A stretch of 64,000 nt of DNA from Eledone cirrhosa (lineage: Eukaryota), in NCBI GenBank assembly GCA_964016885.1, contig CAXHJY010000462.1, forward strand, positions 124,001 through 188,000, in the 5' to 3' direction. The position numbers and the translations under genes are program-made. The first letter of the stretch is position 1; each line of letters starts with the position of its first letter. Below the pieces are notes generated by a model that did not search any database, was not told the DNA's origin, and saw nothing but the letters and a program-made list of their open reading frames with translations. Shown in pieces: positions 55,210-64,000 of the stretch.

Positions 55210-56365
55210 AATAAAAATAGCATGAGAGAAGTAAAAAGTTTCATTCTATCTTGAAGGAGATCAAAAAATATGCTACTGATCTCATGATTGATACCCAGGC
55301 TGGACTGACTAAAGAAACTGTTGCGACTGATGCTACTAGGCACATAAAATCACTGGCAAAAGCAAAAGGGCAAGGACAATTAGCATCAATTTGGGAGCAG
55401 AAACCTCTGCATGGCAAATATGTGGCCCGTAGCAAACAAGCTGATGTTGACCAAAAGCACAGCCATCAATGGCTACGTAGTTCAGGGCTAAAGGCGGAGA
55501 GTGAAGGCTTCATCTTAGCTGCCCAAGATCAAAGCTTATTGACTCGTAGTTACCAGGCCAATGTGATGAGAAACAGAATAAACCCAAAGTTCCGATTCTG
55601 CAATGCTGAGGTTGAAACGGTGGATCACTTAGTCTTTGGATGTAAAGTTTTAGCACCAGTAGAATACAAATATAGACATGAGAGTGTTGGCCAATATCTA
55701 CACTGGGTAATAAGTCGGCATTACAAAATCAAAGCTGAAGACAAGTGGTACAATCATCACCCTGAGACTGTGACTGAAGGAGAAAAAGTAACAATTCTCT
55801 GGGACTTTCCTGTACATACTGACAGGACCATAAAAGCAAATAGACCTGACATCATTGTAAAAGATCAACATAAAAAGGTCTGTTTATTGATAGATATGAG
55901 CATCCCATGTGATCACAATATCGCGGCAAAAGAATTTGACAAGCTACGAAAATATAAAGATCTGCTTATTGAAATTGAGAAAATGTGGCACCTCAAGGCC
56001 CTTACAATACCAGTGATTGTGGGAGGACTGGGAATGATCAAGAAAGCAACAGAACAAGATTTGCGAATGATTCCTGGTTTACCCTCTTTGCACGAGATGC
56101 AAAAAATTGTTTTGACTGGTACTGCGCACGTATTGAGTAGAGCACTATCTCTGTAAGATTGATATCCCTCCTTGTATTTACATATGAATATGCACATGTG
56201 TATATATGTATACTGTTTTTTTTGTTTTTGTTTTTTAATTATATTCAATGTGCTGTATTAACTGGCTTACCAATGCACACTGTGAATTTATTTGCCCTAG
56301 GTGTCAGGAAGACACTCGTCATATATCGCAGAAACAATAATGAAAGAAAATAAAAACAATAATAA
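55210..56365 (+). mobile_element. R4/Dong-type non-LTR retrotransposon, 5'-truncated
   Basis: RLE-type ORF followed by a short 3'UTR ending in A-rich / AATAATAA sequence. Confidence 0.85.
55251..56156 (+). CDS. R4/Dong ORF C-terminus (zinc knuckle plus PD-(D/E)xK endonuclease), 301 aa open
   Basis: KPLHGKY, EGFILAAQDQSL, FRFC..ETVDHLVFGC (first Cys replaced by Phe), ILWDF, RPDIIVKD, KYKDL. Confidence 0.85.
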   Translation: MKEIKKYATDLMIDTQAGLTKETVATDATRHIKSLAKAKGQGQLASIWEQKPLHGKYVARSKQADVDQKHSHQWLRSSGLKAESEGFILAAQDQSLLTRSYQANVMRNRINPKFRFCNAEVETVDHLVFGCKVLAPVEYKYRHESVGQYLHWVISRHYKIKAEDKWYNHHPETVTEGEKVTILWDFPVHTDRTIKANRPDIIVKDQHKKVCLLIDMSIPCDHNIAAKEFDKLRKYKDLLIEIEKMWHLKALTIPVIVGGLGMIKKATEQDLRMIPGLPSLHEMQKIVLTGTAHVLSRALSL

Positions 56366-56369
56366 CACA

Positions 56370-56760
56370 TGACGGCTTTATGTCTAGGTATTTTCTTTTT
56401 AGATATATGGCGGTGATCTGGAGAGTAAGTGATTTTCTCGGAAAATCTTAGGGCTTAGTTATAATGGGGTCTGTCTCGTCACAGAATGCTTTGCTAGAAT
56501 AGAGTTTGGATACCTTCTTACTGATGCTATTAATGAGATTAAGAAAAAACTATAGTGTGCAGCTAGAGTCCTTATAAATGTAAGTTTTTCACTGTGTTTG
56601 TATGTGCGTGTCCGTGGGTCTAAATTAACGTCTAGGATGTTAACATTTGTGAGGTTCGTAGAGATTGTAAATTTTAGTCGCAGGCTGGTTTAACGTCCTG
56701 AAACACTCTATGAAGGTTACGTTCAAACAATTTAATATAGTTGACTTTTACTCTTCGATA
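56370..56760 (-). mobile_element. Degenerate Naiad-type PLE RT fragment
   Basis: LKFTISTNLTNVNILDVNLD..NSISKKVSKLYSS. Confidence 0.55.
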
Positions 56761-57119
56761 TCCTGACTGGATTAACTGAATTTATTTTCTTTGAGTTTTC
56801 AACTTAACCCTTGAGCTCCATGTGTAGCACAAGTTGCCTACCGTGTTTTTTTTTCTCATTTCACTTACCTTATTCAAAGGATTTGTATATCTATAGGTAA
56901 ATGCGTGATTACCTACCTTTAGTTCTCTCCTCTACTTTCTAAACTCTCCGTGGCTGGAAGCCATTTCTATTTATATGACAGACTGAATAAGTTGTGGGGA
57001 ATAACCAAAGGAAACGTAAGTACCTATACATGTCACTGTTGTAACTAATTCTACTTAACATGTACTATGGCTTGAGTGTTCTTACTCTTGGATATTTATA
57101 CGAAATTTGTACTACAGTA

Positions 57120-57181
<62 letters not shown>

Positions 57182-58838
57182 TGTATGTATGTTAGTTTTT
57201 GCGTATTGTAAACTGGAGTAGTTTATGTACATGGCATCAATCGATATAGTAAGGAAACGTCTACACTGAAGTTTGACTTCCTAGAAAGTATAGCAAATTA
57301 CCAGCAAATCGAATCGTGGAGGAGTAAATAGAATATTATTCTTTCAATTAAACAATGATGCTCTTGTCCTTCTTCGTCGTTTTCTATAATGATCAGAATG
57401 TTTAAGTGGTTGAGTACACATTCTAATCTCAGATCGACTTTTCGTAACACTGTATATAACAAGATTGTGCATTTGAATGACAGAAATCTTCCCTATGGGT
57501 TTCTGTTCAGATGCCGTCTACCTAATTTTCATTCACAAATCTTGTTACCGCCGGAGTCTTTGATAAGAAACACTTGCTCAAATTGCTGTACAATTTCTCA
57601 AGATTGCACAGCAGATATTTTAACTGATCAGCCATGTCTACAGGGATTGATACAATGTTAGCTTAACTGTGTTTTCATTTTCATAGAATTTGATGTGATA
57701 TCTTAACACCTTTCTTGCTCGGATAACAAAGAAGACAACTTTATAGCAAAGGGCATTTAGCACCAAACGTTTACCGCAGGAAATAACATTGGTAGGACCT
57801 ACTTATAAATAGCAAAAAGCACTACGATTTAAAGTCTTCACTCTTATATTGAAAATGTTAACAACGCTTCATTCACTAATGAAGACACTATAAATATTTG
57901 AATTAACACACCAAAAGAAAATATATTAAGAACATATTGATCAAATATATAAAACTACAATATAGCTACAACACATTCAAAAATAGTTTTACTCTAATAT
58001 CGAAAATTTTCGCAACATGCTGACCATCAGCAACGAACCTAAAAAATATATTGTGGTTGCGAAACCCATTTAGCCTTGATGTCATTGTCAGGGAGATTCA
58101 ACAACACAGCCTATAACCAGATTGGCCTTTTCAATTACAGTTATAATCACTTCAACCCTCCTCAAGGCAACCTTCTGTCTAACCAATTTTTCTCATATCG
58201 AGGCTATGGCAGGGAGCAATTGCCCAAGATACCAAACAGTGAGATGTAACTTGAGACATAAGAATTGTGAAAAAAACATTGTTACCAATCAGCCATGCGG
58301 CCTCCATACTGACAGGTATATACACAATAAGACAGACACATAAATATACACTTGAATGCACTAATCACTGATACTTGTCAGTTGTAACATATACTTTATC
58401 TTTCACGAATCTTAATAATGATTTCGTATATTGGAACAAACTTTAGGAGGTTATTTTTTTAAATGTTAGAATTCTATTTATGAGCATTAGTTAATGTTGA
58501 TCACGGACGAATGTATCGGATCGATGATTTTGCCGATTCATCCCACATAATGTAAACTTATGTAACTCAGTATCATTTGTGTCCATGAATATTGTTGGCT
58601 CCATCACGTAACCTATATTTTACAACATCCCATCTTCAAATTGTTCTATTGGTTTCAATCGTCTGACAACGCAATTGCCAGGGGTAGAGTGCCATGTGAC
58701 GCCGTGTCTTGTAGTATTTCATATCGATGTTATCAAAGCCCGACTTGGTGCTTTATACTCGTGCTTATATAATTCATCTTGCAAGAAATGTATTAGGTAC
58801 GAAATTAAATGCAAACAAACGTACAAAGCACACGCACA

Positions 58839-58876
<38 letters not shown>

Positions 58877-58923
58877 CGTACACACACATACACATAAACA
58901 CAGATACACACACTATATGTGTG

Positions 58924-58963
<40 letters not shown>

Positions 58964-59029
58964 TATATTATTGTCCACCGACATTCGCATTGGACGCCTA
59001 CCTCTGGCTAGTTTTACGCTCTCGACTTC

Positions 59030-59780
59030 TTCATGGACACATGCCACCAAACCTTAAACCACTTTCCGCAAGCTATGGCGTCGCAACGACTTTGTCGTTA
59101 AATTAGCCGACAAATGTGACGCGCAGCTTCAAAGGGGCTGAATTCCTCCGCCATCTTCACAACCCCCTTGTTATCACTTTTTAGATTTACGTCCCCTCCC
59201 TATTGTAGCACTTCCACTCTTTTCCGCCTTACTGAGCTCATTCGCACCCTCAACGGTTTTTCTTTTCCTTTCCTTCTTTTGCCCTGTCTTTTCACCCCAC
59301 CCTCACCTTAACCATCTCCGTCTCCGATTCTTCCGTTCAATTTCTGGACAACTCCCTCTCCATTAAGCACTTTCACTAATCTCTCACATCTGCTTTCTAT
59401 AAACACACTGACACACACTGCTACCTCAACTTCACACCAAACATCCTCTCCACCCACACAAAAGTCTCCATACCCTACTCACAATTCCTCTATCTTCGTC
59501 GGCTCTGTGGCCAGGACCGCGATTGCGAGAACGAATCCCAACACATGGCCTATCGCTTAATCCAGCGTGGATTCCCTCAACCTGATCCAAGATGTCTTCA
59601 CCCGCGCCCGTGAAACCAACTGTATTACAGCTCTCACCCAACGAGCCCCCGAACCCCACATACACCTTCCTCCTCCCTTCTCTTACCACCCACCACTCAG
59701 CCTCTCCAGCAGCATATCCTCCTCTCTTTCCGAACCTTCTATTCTGACCTCCTCACTTCTTGCTTCATTGAACTTCATGC
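59030..59780 (+). mobile_element. Degenerate, internally deleted Neptune-type PLE RT
   Basis: [57 protein letters not shown]. Confidence 0.8.
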
Positions 59781-60589
59781 TCTTCTGTGTGTTTGAAACG
59801 AAAGAGTCACATCATCAATGTTTCCTATATTCTTCTCAATATGCTGTCTACTCCACACGTAGATGGAAGTTTGAAATCAAAACGTACAGACCTGTAACAT
59901 ATACCACAAGGCCTCCCGTCAGATCCTTTAACAATTCTCTCATTTACCTACTACTAGACTTGTGTTTATTGACCACGAAAATACGAAAGATAAATTTGAC
60001 CTGTATATTATTTGAACACATTGCACATACATTTTGAAGAAATTGTGTAATCCGATTATTCTGCTGATTCCCCTCTTCTCCACTATAAATCTCTGCGACA
60101 AACTTTCGTCTATTGTATATTGAAGAAGAACCAATATTGGTTTGTGGGGGGAAGAATGCAATCGTATATTTCATGATAGAGAGATGAAATAAGTTTGTCT
60201 CAAGTTGCTGGTATTGAAAACGTTTGCTAAATGAATTCGTAGTAATATCCATACCCAAGATTGAAATTCTAGTCTCCAGTAAGCCGAGCCAATCAGTTAA
60301 TATCTTATTAACTTCTAAAAAAAGATATGGATATATTAAAATCACGGAAAGAAAAATCAGACCAGGGTCTCATCTTATGAATATCGGTCGATTCGTAAAG
60401 TTTTTGTCATTCACACACACATATATATATATAGATTTTTTTACATTTTTAACGAGTATCTCTTTGTAATATAAATATATATAATGTATCTAATGTATAC
60501 AATGGTAATAAGAAAGATAAGAAAGATAAGAAATATAAATGTCGAGTCTAACATAAAAAGAATAAGAATAATATTGTTGAAAGGGAACG

Positions 60590-60910
60590 TCGATTAAATC
60601 CACCTAGTACATTACTGGTACATTATTCTATTCTATCCGGAAGGATGAAAGGGAATGCTGAACTCCTCAGGATTTCAACCAAGAGCTCAAAAATCCGACT
60701 AAGAAAGGTATCTGATTTAGGCACAATGTCAACAATGGAGAAGGAAAATGTTTATTAAATTAAACCTAGTGCGTTACTAGTACTTTATTCTATCGACCCA
60801 AGAGGGATAAAAGGCAAAGCTAATTTCGACGGGATTTGAAGTCAGAACGTAAAGAATTCAACTAAATAATCAAAATCATTTCATTCAACATTTAAAAGTT
60901 TCTACCAATT
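60590..60910 (-). mobile_element. Two old SINE copies related to family A
   Basis: TACT(A/G)GTAC..TATTCTA..GGAT(G/A)AAAGG core occurs twice. Confidence 0.65.
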
Positions 60911-61015
60911 CACAGCCATTATATCATGATTAAAAAAAACTAGTGACCCAAGGGCCAAGGGCCAATCGCCTCGTGTTTAACGGCAGTTGGATATGTAGTA
61001 TAGTTTCACAGCTAC

Positions 61016-61134
<119 letters not shown>

Positions 61135-61169
61135 GCGCACACACACACACGCACACACACACACACACG

Positions 61170-61201
<32 letters not shown>

Positions 61202-61534
61202 ACCCGTAGAGTAAATATGTATTATTTGAACAGATGAAAGTTTAAGCAAAGAATCGCTGCTTTCACCCACCCTTTACGGGATCTTCCTTCTGAAACTGAG
61301 AAAAACCCAATCTGTAGATGCAGAAGTAAATATTTCAAACAACGTTACAACTGAAGGAAAACAGGAAGACGATACGCTAGTTCGTGAAGACATTCTCTGG
61401 CGATCGACGGAAAATATGCGAGGATAATTACGTCAATATATGGAGCGAAAAGAGCAATTTCTATGAAAAAATAAAATCACATTTGTATTATCAAATGTTA
61501 GAATATTTGTCTAATGGTTTTTTTCCATAGAACA

Positions 61535-61660
61535 AATGAAAGGCAAAATTAACCTCTGCGGAGTAACTTTGCCTTTCATCCTTATGGGGTAGATAAAATA
61601 AAGCAGCTGTAATGCAATGGGGTAATTGCTGGCCTTGTGCCAAAAGTAGAAACAATAATT
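61535..61660 (+). mobile_element. SINE family A, 5'-truncated with a short inverted 5' segment
   Basis: ATGAAAGGCAAAATTAAC..GTAACTTTGCCTTTCAT hairpin, then the normal 3' end. Confidence 0.8.
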
Positions 61661-62454
61661 CTAGCTAAGATATCCTATCTACGCCGGTTTTGAAATCAGA
61701 AGGACCATTCTAGAGAGACGGCAAACTAAGATTAATTAATCATCCCTTCTTTGAACAATGATGCGCGGGAACTCAGAAATACACCTGATTGGTGCCAGAG
61801 CGAGCAACAAGTTTATTTTGAGTGAAAGAACAACATTTTTCTACGAAAGGGGAAATTTTGAAGTCAAACCTGGGGTTTACATTATTACGGGTCATCTTAC
61901 TTTGGCATTTCATCACATAATTATTTACTGAGTATTACAGAGCGGCACTCAGGTTATACAAGGGTGTGTCACTATAATCCATCTGTCACTCTATCTCTCC
62001 AGCCAATGGAGGCTAGGACTATGATTTCATGGCACCGTATAGAAAATTAGTTTATTGTTGCAGCTATTGGGGTGTCACGCCAAATTGTGCCCACGAAATA
62101 CCACCACTCCTCTAGTTTCGAAACCTCGGGACATGGAGCATATTCATGAGCAGTCACCGCCTCATGTCATCTGTGCTGATGTGTCAATGCCTGTGCGATC
62201 AGGTATTAGTATTACATTTTGTTGCAGAATTGAAAAAAGTCTTCAGTGCACATTGGAGTGTTTAAACTTACAAGAATGACTGAGGTATGGTTGAGACGGC
62301 TACCATCTGACAAAATTAAGCAATCATTATTATGTATATATGTATTTATGTATGCATGCAAGCATATATGAATGTATGTATGTATGTATGTATGTATGTA
62401 TGTATGTATGTATGTATGTATGTATGTATGTATGTATGTATGTATGTATGTATG

Positions 62455-62890
62455 CCCGGGAGAGATGACCCCTTAGCCTTTGTTAGGACAGAATTCTAGG
62501 AGAAGGAAAACTCTGATATAACACCTGCAACTCTGATGGTATCCAATGATGTTGACTTGTTCTTCTTTTTGGTAAATATCATCTTGGTTAAGAGAGTGGG
62601 ACTGGCTTTGTGCAGTGCCTTTGCTCACTATAAAAGCTTCACGGCACAGGCATTGCTTTATATCTGGAGATCTCTCTGCACTTGTCGTCACATGGTACCA
62701 TGGGCCCAGCACTATGTGTCAATAATTGTCACAGGTGTAGTGTTTGTACCAGAGTTTTCAAGTCGCTGGCTGGATTAAAAAGTTACACTCGTTCAGCGCA
62801 TCGGTAGGGTGCTCCTACATGGATATCAAGTAGTGGCCGTACTCGAAAACGAGTTGGCAGCCACCATGTATGTATGTATGCAGGTATGTA
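62455..62890 (+). mobile_element. Short RTE-derived element (5'UTR-like start plus C2H2 3' end) between (TATG)n tracts
   Basis: CTAGGAGAAGGAAAACTCTGA; CSVCTRVFKSLAGLKSYTR; (ATGT)n at 62372-62454 and 62866-62900. Confidence 0.55.
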
Positions 62891-63519
62891 TGTTTGTATG
62901 GATGGATGGATGGGTTGGTGATTACTCACAAACGATTTCACAAGGTCAGACAAATCTTAGCCCAGTAAGTTCACAACATTACATAGATAGCGTCACATGA
63001 TGTTCATATGGGTAGGTCACACCATCTATTGGTGGAGAATACTAGAAATGTCTCATGAACGTATCAGTGTATGGAAAAAATGTGATCGCTTTACTAGCAA
63101 TAAATATAAAATAATCATGGGTTTAAAATCATCGAAATAATAAATCAAATCCAAAATATTTTCAGAAAATGCTTACATTTAAAAATACCCTCTTCATTAA
63201 TACACCAACAGAAATCCTGCAGCTCTAAACGTGCAAAGCCAGCTAAGAAATAACCTACAAGCTCAACATCGTTTATAACATATGAAGGAGAAAGAGGGGG
63301 AAGCAGACAGACTGTCAGTGTGAAAGGTAGACTGATAGACAGAAGGAGTACATACAGGAATAGCAAATACATGATTCTAAAAACCTTCGCTAAGTACAAA
63401 CCACTACATTCCTACGGACAACAGACGCTGCACACCAGGTTCGAAAAGGGAAGAGCTAAACTCCCACTGTCATCGGCTCCATCTCGCTCGCCCTACCAAT
63501 ATCTCTGTATATGAGTAGA

Positions 63520-63800
63520 TGGGGTCTCACCTGCTGGCCGTCCCACGGCCCCGGCGGACAGAATGAAGAAGGCGTTTCCGCGGAGGATGGTAAGAGATAT
63601 GCGCGGGAAGAGCCATTCCATCTCGAGAGGCTCACACCTGCGGCTAGCCACCTCAGCGCCAACGGTGGTTAGTAGGGAGGTAGCTCTAGGGCCAAGGACA
63701 CCAGAAGTCTCCATTGCTAGGGGCACGACCGCAAACCTTTCGGAGACCGACCTATACTTGGAGAGTTTGTCCTGCTCAGCCCGAAGTGCAGCAGAATACT
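63520..63800 (-). mobile_element. CRE-like RLE C-terminal fragment
   Basis: AALRAEQDKLSKY..FAVVPLAMETSGVLGP..RISLTILRGNA. Confidence 0.75.
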
Positions 63801-64000
63801 GCATATTACTACAATAATGGTACCCATAACTTCATCAGGCACATCTATCATCCACTTTATAATTACGCCTCCATACTCAAGACGGGTTTAACATACATCA
63901 TTTCTGAAAGCTCAAATGTACTTATATACTTTCGTGTTATCTAGATAGGGTCACATCTTGTAACTCTAGGGATTATAACTTTTCCAAGCTTTCCCCGGTT

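Noticed and set aside
57687-57791. Exon-like segment with strong acceptor and donor
   Set aside because: Stops occur within the first codons in all frames; it could only be terminal or non-coding.
61234-61428. Open frame DESLSKESLLSPTLYGIFLL.. after an acceptor-like site
   Set aside because: LSPTLYGIF resembles an RT motif, so it is more likely a decayed LINE remnant; too weak to call.
63150-63490. Possible PLE remnant sharing AAACTCCCACTGTCA with ~43770
   Set aside because: The similarity is short and the translation too degenerate to support a feature call.

Overview
AT-rich, microsatellite-saturated animal genomic DNA. The SINE families and repeat style suggest an octopod cephalopod, which is my inference from recalled repeat consensus. 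Almost every entry in the ORF track is a (TA)n/(CA)n/(GAA)n artefact, and no host gene can be called with confidence (two or three candidate small exons only). The window is mostly non-LTR retroelements: Penelope-like elements (PLEs) of Naiad and Neptune type, RTE (at least three families), L1/Tx1, R4/Dong, CRE-like elements and tRNA-derived SINEs. One Naiad-type copy has an uninterrupted 394-codon frame that the ORF track misses. The most striking signal is at RNA level. About 17 minimal hammerhead-ribozyme motifs, intact or decayed, sit mostly in short non-coding fold-back or tandem elements inside (TA)n tracts, often one ribozyme per strand. An HDV-like ribozyme fold with an extra L3 hairpin and a competing helix marks the 5' end of a near full-length RTE. 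All calls were made by eye from motifs and base-pairing; boundaries are approximate and no ribozyme activity is demonstrated.
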